A stretch of DNA of 56,336 nucleotides from Caldilineales bacterium (GTDB lineage: Bacteria; Chloroflexota; Anaerolineae; J102): positions 1 to 56,336 of the forward strand of contig JABWBG010000012.1 in NCBI GenBank assembly GCA_013360575.1. The letters run 5' to 3'. Shown here in pieces: positions 18,899 to 27,027 of this stretch (position 1 is its first letter; each line of letters begins with the position of its first letter). The notes under the pieces were generated by a model. It did no database searches. It had not been told where the DNA came from and saw nothing but the letters and a program-made list of their open reading frames with translations. Both the position numbers and the translations under genes were made by a program.

Positions 18899-19912
18899 AT
18901 GTCCACAGGCAAAGAGATCTCCATCCGCGATATTGCCGAGGCCGCCGGCGTCAGCCACACCACGGTGAGCCGGGCGCTGCATGGCCGCGGGCGCATGCGC
19001 GCCGATACCCGCGCCCACATCCAGGCCCTGGCCGAGCAGATGGGCTACACACCCGACGTCAGGGCGCGCAGCTTGGTCAGCGGCGAGACCCGCACCATTG
19101 GCGTCGTGGTCACCACCATCGCCGATCCCTTCGTGGTGCAGATCGTGGATGGCATCGAGGCGGTGGCGCAGGCCGCGGGCTACAGCCTCTTTCTCAGCGC
19201 CTCGCACTCCGACCCGGAGCGGGAGCTGGCGGTGGTGGAAACCTTTCACCAGCGCCGTGTGGATGCGGTCATCGTCACCGCTTCACGCGTGGGCAACCTG
19301 TACGCCGCCCGTTTGAAACAGTTCGGCGCCCCGATCGTGCTGATCAACAACCTGCAGGAGGGGCCTTATCTCTATTCCGTCTCTGCCGACGATGTGGCCG
19401 GCGCGCAGTTGGCGGTGGCGCATCTGCTGGAGTTGGGGCACCGCCGCATCGCCTATCTTGGCTCCACTTCCCGGCCTATATCTTCGCTACGCCGCCAACA
19501 GGGCTACGCCGCGGCGTTGCAAGAGGCCGGCATCTCCTTCGACCCTGCTCTGGTGGCGGCCCCGGAGGCCGAGAGCGACCTGGCCGCGGGGCAGGAGGGG
19601 CTGTGGATGCTGCTGGCCGCCGCGCCCACCGCCCTTTTTGCCTACAACGACATGACCGCCATCGGCGTATTGCAGGGGGCCGCCCGCATGGGAATCGACA
19701 TTCCGGGCAAACTCAGCGTCATCGGCTTCGACGACAACGAAATCGCCCGGCTGGTGACGCCGCCGCTGAGCACCATCCACCAGCCGCAGCAGGAATTGGG
19801 GCGTCGAGCCATGCACATGGCGCTCGACTTACTGGCCAAACGCCAGATCAACGACGTCATCCTGCCTTGCACCCTTGTCCTCCGCGCCACCACCGCCTCA
19901 CCCACCCACTAA
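18899..19912 (+). CDS. LacI-family transcriptional regulator
   Basis: HTH ISIRDIAEAAGVSHTTVSRALHG, followed by a periplasmic-binding-protein-like sugar-binding domain. The ORF-track start at 18857 is a TTG inside the operator; the ATG at 18899 is preferred. Confidence 0.85.
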   Translation: MSTGKEISIRDIAEAAGVSHTTVSRALHGRGRMRADTRAHIQALAEQMGYTPDVRARSLVSGETRTIGVVVTTIADPFVVQIVDGIEAVAQAAGYSLFLSASHSDPERELAVVETFHQRRVDAVIVTASRVGNLYAARLKQFGAPIVLINNLQEGPYLYSVSADDVAGAQLAVAHLLELGHRRIAYLGSTSRPISSLRRQQGYAAALQEAGISFDPALVAAPEAESDLAAGQEGLWMLLAAAPTALFAYNDMTAIGVLQGAARMGIDIPGKLSVIGFDDNEIARLVTPPLSTIHQPQQELGRRAMHMALDLLAKRQINDVILPCTLVLRATTASPTH

Positions 19913-19915
19913 CCC

Positions 19916-19948
19916 CCCAACCAACAAACCAACCAACCAACCAACCAA
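19916..19948. repeat. (CCAA)n tract forming the leader of the Zn-dehydrogenase gene
   Basis: ccccccaaccaacaaaccaaccaaccaaccaaccaa. It has no nearby inverted partner. It is the same repeat unit as the arms of the elements at 25609-25764 and 34701-34905. Confidence 0.8.
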
Positions 19949-19959
19949 GAGATACCACC

Positions 19960-21117
19960 ATGAAAGGCTTAGTTTTGGATGCCGCCTGGCATCCCAAATC
20001 ACATTACAAAGTCAGCGACTGGGAAAAACAAACCGGCAAGGCCATCACCGGCAACAGCATCTGGCACAATCCCACTCTCGAAGTGCGCGAATGGCCCGAT
20101 CCCAAAGTCGGCCCGCAGGATGTGCTGCTGGAAATCCAGGCCTGCGGCGTCTGCGGCTCGGACATGCACTTCTACGAGACCGACGCCGACAACTACATCC
20201 TCTATCCCGGCCTCACCAAATTTCCTACCATCCTTGGCCATGAATTCTCCGGCAAGGTGGTGGAGATCGGCAAGGATGTGAAAATGCTGCAGGTCGGGGA
20301 TTACGTCACCGTCGAGGAGATGATCTGGTGCGGGCGCTGCACACCCTGCCGCAACGGCTATCCCAACCATTGCACCAATCTCGAAGAGATCGGCTTCACC
20401 ATCCCCGGCGCGTTCGCCCGATATCTGGCCGTGGATGAGAAATTCTGCTGGAAAGTGGACGGGATTCTCGACCGTTTCGGCCTGGAAAAGGGGCTGGAAG
20501 TGGCGGCCTTGAGCGAGCCGACCAGCGTCTCGTACAATGCCATGTTCACCCGCGGGGGCGGCTTCAAACCGGGCCATTTCGTCAGCGTGTTCGGGCTGGG
20601 GCCTATCGGCCTGGCCGCGGTGGGGCTGGCCGAGGCTGCCGGCGCCGGCATGATCGTCGGGTTCGAGGTCTCGGCGCAGCGCCGCCAGATCGCCAAGCAA
20701 CTGGGCGCGGACGCTCTCTTTGACCCGCGCGAAGTCAGCCCGCACGAGGTGATGAACGAGTTGAGCAAAGGCGTGGGCTTCGATTTCCATGTCGAGGCCG
20801 CGGGCGCGCCCCATCTCACCGTGCCGGAGATGGAGAAAGCGCTGGCGATCAACGGCAAGGTTATCCAGATCGGCCGCGCTGCCCAGAGGGTGCCGATGTA
20901 TTTGGAGACTTTCCAGGTGCGTCGCGGCCAGTTCTTCGGCGCGCAGGGGCATTCCGGCCACGAAAACTTCCCGAATGTGGTGCGCATGGTCGCATCCGGC
21001 CGCCTCGACCTCAGCCCCATCATCACCGCCCGTTACGGCCTCGATGACGCCGTCGCCGCCATCGCTCAATCCACCGAGCGCCGCGACGGCAAGATCATGG
21101 TCAAACCGGGGCAGTAA
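19960..21117 (+). CDS. Zn-dependent medium-chain dehydrogenase (scyllo-inosose 3-dehydrogenase IolM-like / sorbitol dehydrogenase family)
   Basis: ATG at 19960. Zn-ADH motifs ACGVCGSDMHFYE and GHEFSGKVVEIG. GLGPIGLAAVGLA Rossmann segment. Confidence 0.85.
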   Translation: MKGLVLDAAWHPKSHYKVSDWEKQTGKAITGNSIWHNPTLEVREWPDPKVGPQDVLLEIQACGVCGSDMHFYETDADNYILYPGLTKFPTILGHEFSGKVVEIGKDVKMLQVGDYVTVEEMIWCGRCTPCRNGYPNHCTNLEEIGFTIPGAFARYLAVDEKFCWKVDGILDRFGLEKGLEVAALSEPTSVSYNAMFTRGGGFKPGHFVSVFGLGPIGLAAVGLAEAAGAGMIVGFEVSAQRRQIAKQLGADALFDPREVSPHEVMNELSKGVGFDFHVEAAGAPHLTVPEMEKALAINGKVIQIGRAAQRVPMYLETFQVRRGQFFGAQGHSGHENFPNVVRMVASGRLDLSPIITARYGLDDAVAAIAQSTERRDGKIMVKPGQ

Positions 21118-21278
21118 TCAGTGGTCAGTATTCAGTAATCAGTATTCAGTAATCAGTATTCAGTAATCAGTATTCAGTGTTCGGTATTGGGTATTTGGTA
21201 TTGGGCATTCAGTGTTCAGCGATCAACGATCGCTTTTTGCTGAAAGCCAAATACCGAATACCGAATACCCAATACCAA
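21112..21278. repeat. CAGTATTCAGTAAT tandem repeat plus GGTATT/AATACC hairpin element
   Basis: Four 14-mers span 21126-21181. The arm ttcggtattgggtatttggtattggg is complementary to ccaaataccgaataccgaatacccaatacc (21247-21276). Confidence 0.85.
21218..21238 (+). terminator. Canonical intrinsic terminator nested in the loop of the repeat element
   Basis: agcgatc-aac-gatcgct followed by ttttt. Confidence 0.6.
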
Positions 21279-21294
21279 GCAAAGGAGTTAGAAG

Positions 21295-22311
21295 ATGCCC
21301 GAAAAACTCACTCTCGGCCTGATCGGGGCCGGGCGGATCGGACGGCTGCACGGCGAGCACCTGGCCCGGCGCCTGCCTGCAGCGGACCTGCTGGCGGTCT
21401 CCGACATCTTCGTGGACGCGGCGCAGCGTCTGGCCGCGGACTTCGGTCTGCCGCACGCCTACGCCGACCACCGCCGCATCCTCGACGACCCCGCCATCGC
21501 CGCGGTCGTGATCTGCTCCAGCACCGACACGCACGCGCAGATGATCATCGACGCCGCCGAAGCGGGCAAGCATATCTTCTGCGAAAAGCCGATCCACCTG
21601 GATCTGGCCGAGATCGACCGGGCGCTGGCCGCGGTGGAGAAGGCCGGGGTCAAGCTCCAGGTCGGGTTCAACCGCCGTTTTGACCCAAATTTCCGGCAGG
21701 CGCGGGAGATCGTGGCCTCTGGCGGCATCGGCGAGCCGCAGATCGTGCGCATCACCAGCCGCGACCCGGCGCCGCCGCCGATCGGCTACATCCAGGTCTC
21801 CGGCGGCATCTTCCTCGATCAGACCATCCACGATTTCGACATGGCCCGCTTCCTGCTGGCCGATGAGGTGGAGGAAATCTTCGCCGTCGGCGGGGTCATG
21901 GTCGATCCGGCTATCGGCGAGGCCGGGGACATCGACACCGCCCTGATCACGCTGCGCTACCGCGGCGGGGCGCTGGGCAGCATCGACAACAGCCGCCGGG
22001 CCGTGTACGGTTACGACCAGCGCGTGGAGGTCTTCGGCTCCGAGGGCGTGGTCACGGTCGCAAACGCCAAACCGGACACCGCCGTCCATCTCAACTCGAC
22101 CGGAGAACACGCCGCCCTGCCCCTCTTCTTCTTCGTCGAGCGCTACACCGAGTCCTATCTGGCCGAAATGCGCGAGTTCATCACCTGTGTGCGCGAAGAC
22201 CGCACCCCGCCCGTCACCGGCCACGATGGCCGCATCCCCGTGGTGATGGGCTACGCGGCGAAGCGCTCATATGATGAGAACAGGCCTGTGAAACTGAGTG
22301 ATATCGAGTAA
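21295..22311 (+). CDS. Gfo/Idh/MocA oxidoreductase (inositol 2-dehydrogenase-like)
   Basis: AAGGAG at 21282-21287. LGLIGAGRIGRLHGEHL, HIFCEKPI and FNRRFDPNF are typical of IolG-type dehydrogenases. Confidence 0.8.
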   Translation: MPEKLTLGLIGAGRIGRLHGEHLARRLPAADLLAVSDIFVDAAQRLAADFGLPHAYADHRRILDDPAIAAVVICSSTDTHAQMIIDAAEAGKHIFCEKPIHLDLAEIDRALAAVEKAGVKLQVGFNRRFDPNFRQAREIVASGGIGEPQIVRITSRDPAPPPIGYIQVSGGIFLDQTIHDFDMARFLLADEVEEIFAVGGVMVDPAIGEAGDIDTALITLRYRGGALGSIDNSRRAVYGYDQRVEVFGSEGVVTVANAKPDTAVHLNSTGEHAALPLFFFVERYTESYLAEMREFITCVREDRTPPVTGHDGRIPVVMGYAAKRSYDENRPVKLSDIE

Positions 22312-22318
22312 CAAAAGC

Positions 22319-22380
22319 TATTGGATATTGGGTATTAGATATTTTTACACTCAAACAAATATCTGATATCCAATACCAAA
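22319..22380. repeat. AT-rich GGATATTGGGTATT / AATACCAA imperfect hairpin
   Basis: ctattggatattgggtattagatattt .. aaatatctgatatccaataccaaa. A related single arm is at 24736-24758. Confidence 0.6.
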
Positions 22381-22409
22381 CAACCAATAAAGGACAAAAA
22401 AGCTAAAAA

Positions 22410-23555
22410 ATGGAGAAATCCCTCATGACAACTATGCCCAAAGGCTGGCTTGCATCCAGCAATCCCACCGTTATCTTCGAAGACAACCACATCGGCCACA
22501 TGAAAAAGGCGCTGTTCGAGGCCGACGAGGCCACGCTCGACGCGGTGCTGGCCGAGTACGGCATGGCGCCGGGGGCTGTGCCGCCGGTGGAGTGGAGCAA
22601 ACCGGGCACCTACATCCAGATGATGACGCGGCGGCAGCTGATCGAAGAGCGTCGCAAAAACGACATCATCCTCGTGCCCATCGGTTGCACCGAGAACCAT
22701 GGCTTGCACCTGCCCAGCGCCACCGACACCCTCTTCGTCAGCCAGATCATCGAGGGCGTGCGCCGCTATTTCCGCAAGCAGGACATCCCCATCGCCCTGT
22801 CGCTGCCCCCGCTGAATTTCGGCGCGCATCCCTACCATCACTACGGCATGCCCGGCACCGTGCCCGTGCGCGAAGACATCGCCCGCGAGATGCTGATTGA
22901 CATGATGCTGGGATTGTGGAACGATGGCTTCCGCAAGATCATCATGCTCAATAACCACGGCCATCTGTGGATGCTGGAGGCGGCGGTGCAGCAGTTCCAG
23001 AAGCGCTACCACCTCCCCGGCATCTTCCGGGCCATGGACTGGCACCGGGCCGTGCGCGAGAGCTTCTACACCCACGACCGCGGGGGCGATTACGGCAGCA
23101 ACTTCGTCCACGCCGAAGAAGCGGAGACCTCGTTGGCCCTCTATCTCTTCCCCGACATGGTGGAGATGGCACTGGCCGTGAACACCAAAGGCAAGTCTTA
23201 TCTCAAGGAGGGCCACTTCGACACCTCGGTCGATCCCTATCACCGGCCCGGTCGCTGGTCGGAAGGCGAGGGCCACTTTGCTATCGAACTATCGGCCACC
23301 CCCGAAGGCGTGGTGGGCAACGCCGCCGACGCTGACGCCGCCAAGGCCAAGCGGCCCCTGGCCATGATCCTGCGCTATCTCACCCTGCTGATCGAAGACA
23401 TCCGCGCCGCGTTCCCGCCCGGCGTGCTGCCTCCGGTCGAGGAAGTGACCCTACGCACTGCCGCCGAGATGGAACCCTACCTGCGCGAGCCGCAGAGCGA
23501 AGGCTGGAAACCGGTCTACGCCCTGCCCCGCATCGGCCAGAGCAATATTTTTTAA
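22410..23555 (+). CDS. Creatininase-fold amidohydrolase family protein (IolN-like candidate)
   Basis: ILVPIGCTENHGLHLPSATDTLF and NNHGHLWM motifs. The second ATG at 22425 has the better GGAG spacing, so the true start may be 22425. Confidence 0.75.
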   Translation: MEKSLMTTMPKGWLASSNPTVIFEDNHIGHMKKALFEADEATLDAVLAEYGMAPGAVPPVEWSKPGTYIQMMTRRQLIEERRKNDIILVPIGCTENHGLHLPSATDTLFVSQIIEGVRRYFRKQDIPIALSLPPLNFGAHPYHHYGMPGTVPVREDIAREMLIDMMLGLWNDGFRKIIMLNNHGHLWMLEAAVQQFQKRYHLPGIFRAMDWHRAVRESFYTHDRGGDYGSNFVHAEEAETSLALYLFPDMVEMALAVNTKGKSYLKEGHFDTSVDPYHRPGRWSEGEGHFAIELSATPEGVVGNAADADAAKAKRPLAMILRYLTLLIEDIRAAFPPGVLPPVEEVTLRTAAEMEPYLREPQSEGWKPVYALPRIGQSNIF

Positions 23556-23558
23556 GTA

Positions 23559-23718
23559 GCAGTGGTCAGTATTCAGTATTCAGTATTCAGTAATCGGTAA
23601 TCAGTGGGCGGGCAGGCAACCCAGCGGTCGAAACTCTGCCCACTGACTACTGAATACTGAATACTGAATACTGAATACTGCCCACTGATTACTGACCACT
23701 GACTACTGACTACTGACC
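23559..23718. repeat. Long CAGTATT/AATACTG heptamer-repeat hairpin running up to the next start codon
   Basis: The left arm (23559-23615), cagtattcagtattcagtattcagtaatcggtaatcagtgggcgggcag, is the inverted repeat of ctgcccactgactactgaatactgaatactgaatactgaatactg.. (23636-23718). The ATG of the next gene is at 23719, with no SD. Confidence 0.9.
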
Positions 23719-24732
23719 ATGCCTGATCTTCGCATCGCCGTGATCGGCGCCGGCCGCATCGGCCTCGTCCACGCCGCCAACATCGCCCACCGGGTGCGCG
23801 GGGCCGCGCTCGTGGCCGTGACCACAGCAAATCCCGACCGGGCAGCCGCGGTTCGCCAGATTTTCGGGCCGGAGCTGGCCATCTATCCCAACCTGGCCGG
23901 CTTGCTCGCGCAGGAAACCCTCGACGCCGTGGTCATCGCCAGCAGCACTGCCGCGCACCGCGCCAATATCGAGGCCTGCGCCGCCGCCGGTCTGCACATC
24001 TTCTGCGAGAAACCGCTGGCCCTGAGCCTGCCCGATTGCGACGCCGCCATCCTCGCCAGCGAACAGGCCGGGATCAAGCTGATGGTCGGGCATGTGCGCC
24101 GATTCGATCCCGCGGCCATCGCGGCCAAACAGCGTATCGCTGCCGGCGACATTGGCCGGCCCATCGTCTACCGCGCCATCGCCGGCGACCAGGATCCGCC
24201 CCCACCCAGCTTCGCCGATCCCACCGTCAGCGGCGGCCTGATTACCGATGCCGGCTACCACGACTTGTACCTGGCCCGCTGGCTGATGGAGGATGAGATC
24301 GTGCGGGTCTACGCCGAGGGTGGGGCGCTGGTAGCCCCGGAGATCGGCGCGGTGGGCGACGTGGACAACGCCATCGTCGATTTTCGCTTTGCCCGCGGCG
24401 GGCTGGGCACGCTGTACGTCAGCCGCACCACGCGCTACGGCCATGATGTGCGCGTGGAAGTGATCGGCAGCGAGGGGGCCATGCACATCGGCCAGTTGCG
24501 CCGCACCCCGGTCAATCTGCTCACCCGCGGCGGCGTCAGCCACGATGTCATCCCCGACACCGCCGCCCGTTACGCCGAGGCCTTTGTCGCCGAGCTGCAA
24601 GCCTTTGTCGATTGCGTACGCCACGACACGCCGCCGCCGGTCAGCGGCCAGGACAGCCGCACGGTCGTCGCCATCGGCCTCGCCGCCCGCAAATCCCATC
24701 AACAAGGCGAAATCGTGTATGTGCTTCAATAA
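23719..24732 (+). CDS. Gfo/Idh/MocA oxidoreductase, second inositol dehydrogenase-like paralog
   Basis: IAVIGAGRIGLVHAANI, HIFCEKPL and HVRRFDP. Paralogous to 21295-22311. Confidence 0.8.
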   Translation: MPDLRIAVIGAGRIGLVHAANIAHRVRGAALVAVTTANPDRAAAVRQIFGPELAIYPNLAGLLAQETLDAVVIASSTAAHRANIEACAAAGLHIFCEKPLALSLPDCDAAILASEQAGIKLMVGHVRRFDPAAIAAKQRIAAGDIGRPIVYRAIAGDQDPPPPSFADPTVSGGLITDAGYHDLYLARWLMEDEIVRVYAEGGALVAPEIGAVGDVDNAIVDFRFARGGLGTLYVSRTTRYGHDVRVEVIGSEGAMHIGQLRRTPVNLLTRGGVSHDVIPDTAARYAEAFVAELQAFVDCVRHDTPPPVSGQDSRTVVAIGLAARKSHQQGEIVYVLQ

Positions 24733-24765
24733 TCAATATCCAATACCAAATATCTAATAACCAGC

Positions 24766-25608
24766 ATGAACCTAGCGCAAATCAGCCAAAACTACGATTT
24801 CAGTGGCCGTACGATTGTAATCACCGGCGGGGGCGGGGTGCTGGGCGGCGAGATCGCCGCGACCCTGGCCGGCTGTCATGCCAACATCGCCATTCTCGAC
24901 CGGGACATGCGCTTAGCCGAGCGGGCGGCGCAGCGCATCGCCGAATTGCCGGGCATGCAGGCGCGGGCCGTGGCGATCGATGCCGATGTGCTCGACAAAG
25001 CCTCGTTGGCCAAGGCCGAAGCCCGCGTACACAGCGAATTTGGCCGCGTCGACGGCCTGATCAACGCCGCCGGCGGCAACAAACCGCAGGCCACCACCTC
25101 GCCCGACCTCGCTTTCTTCGACCTGCCCGCGGAGGCGCTGCGCTTTGTCTTCGACCTGAACATCCTGGGCACGATCCTGCCCAGCCAGGTGTTTGGGCGG
25201 GGCATGGCCGCGCAGCAGGAGGGCGTGATCCTGAATATCTCTTCGATGAACGCGTTTCGTCCGCTCACCCGCATCCCCGCCTACTCCGCGGCCAAGGCCG
25301 GCGTCAGCAATTTTACGCAGTGGCTGGCGGTGCACATGGCCCAGGAATACTCCCCGCGCATCCGTGTCAACGCCATCGCGCCCGGCTTCTTCCTCACCGA
25401 GCAGAACCGCTTCCTGCTCACCGACACTGCCACCGGCGAGCTGACCCCGCGCGGCCAGACGATCCTGGCGCACACGCCCATGGCCCGCTTCGGCGACCCC
25501 GCCGACCTGCTGGGCGCGGTGCTGTGGCTGCTCTCCCCCCTCTCCCAATTCGTCACCGGCATCGTCCTCCCCATCGACGGCGGCTTCTCGGCCTTTAGTG
25601 GGGTTTAG
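24766..25608 (+). CDS. SDR-family oxidoreductase (D-mannonate / gluconate 5-dehydrogenase-like)
   Basis: VITGGGGVLGGEIA (TGxxxGxG), NAAG, and the YSAAKAGVSNFTQWLA catalytic YxxxK. Confidence 0.8.
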   Translation: MNLAQISQNYDFSGRTIVITGGGGVLGGEIAATLAGCHANIAILDRDMRLAERAAQRIAELPGMQARAVAIDADVLDKASLAKAEARVHSEFGRVDGLINAAGGNKPQATTSPDLAFFDLPAEALRFVFDLNILGTILPSQVFGRGMAAQQEGVILNISSMNAFRPLTRIPAYSAAKAGVSNFTQWLAVHMAQEYSPRIRVNAIAPGFFLTEQNRFLLTDTATGELTPRGQTILAHTPMARFGDPADLLGAVLWLLSPLSQFVTGIVLPIDGGFSAFSGV

Positions 25609-25764
25609 GTTGGTTGGTTAGTTGGTTAGTTGGTTGGTTAGTTGGTTGGTGGGGATTGCCGATAAACACGCAAACCTACCAATTTACCAATCTACCAATT
25701 TACCAATCTACCAATTTACCTACCAACCAACAAACAAACCAACCAACTAACAAACTCCCCCCCC
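25609..25764. repeat. TTGG / CTACCAAT / CCAA composite hairpin element with conserved core
   Basis: The (TTGGTTAG)n arm (25609-25653) is followed by the core ggtggggattgccgataaacacgcaaac, then 3 x ctaccaatttaccaat, then a (CCAA)n arm that runs up to the ATG at 25765. Confidence 0.9.
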
Positions 25765-27027
25765 ATGCTCACCTCCCACGCCCATCCCACCCAAACCTTG
25801 ACCGAACCCGACGTGCGGGGGCTGTTGCAGCGCGGGTTGGGGCAGATCGACGTGAGCGGCAAACGCCTGCTCGTGCTCATCCCCGATGGCACACGCAGCG
25901 GCCCCATCCCCCTGTTTTTCCGGCTGATCCACGAAATTCTCGGCGGCGAAGTGGCCGCGCTCGATTACCTGATCGCCCTGGGCACACACCAGCCCATGCC
26001 CTCCGCAGCCATCGCGCGGTTGACCGGGGCCTCCGCGGCGGACATGGCCGGGCGCTACCGGAATGTGCGGGTGCTGAACCACGCCTGGCAACACCCCGAC
26101 ACCTTCGTCACCCTGGGCGTCATCCCCGCCGCCGAGATCGAAGGACTGAGCAACGGCCTGTTCGCCATGCCCGTGCCGGTGGCGCTGAACCGCCTGGTGC
26201 TCGATTACGACCACATCCTGATCTGCGGGCCGGTCTTCCCACACGAGGTGGCGGGGTTCTCCGGGGGCAACAAATACTTCTTCCCCGGCATCGCCGGCCA
26301 GGAGATCATCGACTTCACCCACTGGCTGGGCGCGCTGATCACCAATTACGAGATCATCGGCGTCAAACACACCCCCGTGCGCGCCGTGATCGAGCGCGCC
26401 GCCGCCATGATCCCCACGCCCACCTCCGCCATCTGCTTCGTGGTCACAGAGAACGACCTGCACGGCGTCTTCACCGGCCCGGTCGTCGAAGCCTGGGCCG
26501 CGGCCGCAGACCTCGCCGCCCAAACTCACATCCTCTGGGTCGATCGCGCCTACGATCAAGTGCTCTCGGTCATGCCCCGGCTGTACGACGACATCTGGAC
26601 CGCGGCCAAAGGCATGTACAAGCTGGAGCCGGTGATCGCGGATGGCGGTCGGGTGACGATCTACGCCCCGCACATCGACGAGATCTCCTACACCCACGGC
26701 CGCATCCTCGATGAGATCGGCTACCACGTGCGCGATTACTTCGTCAAACAGTGGGATCGCTTCAAACACTACCCCTGGGGCGTGCTGGCGCATTCCACGC
26801 ACTTGCGCGGCATGGGCGCCTACGAAAACGGCGTCGAAACCCCACGCGTCGATGTCAGCCTGGCCACCGCCATCCCCCCCGAACGGGTGCGCCGGGTCAA
26901 TCTCGACTACACGAATCCCGCCGCCATCCGCCCTGAAGCGTGGGCCGGACAAGAGGATGCCGGCATTCTGCTCGTCCCCCATGCCGGCGAGATGCTCTAC
27001 CGGCTGAAACCGGAGGCGGCGCGATGA
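25765..27027 (+). CDS. LarA-family (nickel-pincer nucleotide-dependent) 2-hydroxyacid racemase/epimerase homolog
   Basis: LLVLIPDGTRSGP (LarA: DHTRPVP), ALGTHQPM (LarA: ATGFHRP), and VAGFSGGNKYFFPGIAG (LarA: FAGFSGGRKSVLPGIAS), which includes the Lys that tethers the cofactor. Confidence 0.75.
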   Translation: MLTSHAHPTQTLTEPDVRGLLQRGLGQIDVSGKRLLVLIPDGTRSGPIPLFFRLIHEILGGEVAALDYLIALGTHQPMPSAAIARLTGASAADMAGRYRNVRVLNHAWQHPDTFVTLGVIPAAEIEGLSNGLFAMPVPVALNRLVLDYDHILICGPVFPHEVAGFSGGNKYFFPGIAGQEIIDFTHWLGALITNYEIIGVKHTPVRAVIERAAAMIPTPTSAICFVVTENDLHGVFTGPVVEAWAAAADLAAQTHILWVDRAYDQVLSVMPRLYDDIWTAAKGMYKLEPVIADGGRVTIYAPHIDEISYTHGRILDEIGYHVRDYFVKQWDRFKHYPWGVLAHSTHLRGMGAYENGVETPRVDVSLATAIPPERVRRVNLDYTNPAAIRPEAWAGQEDAGILLVPHAGEMLYRLKPEAAR

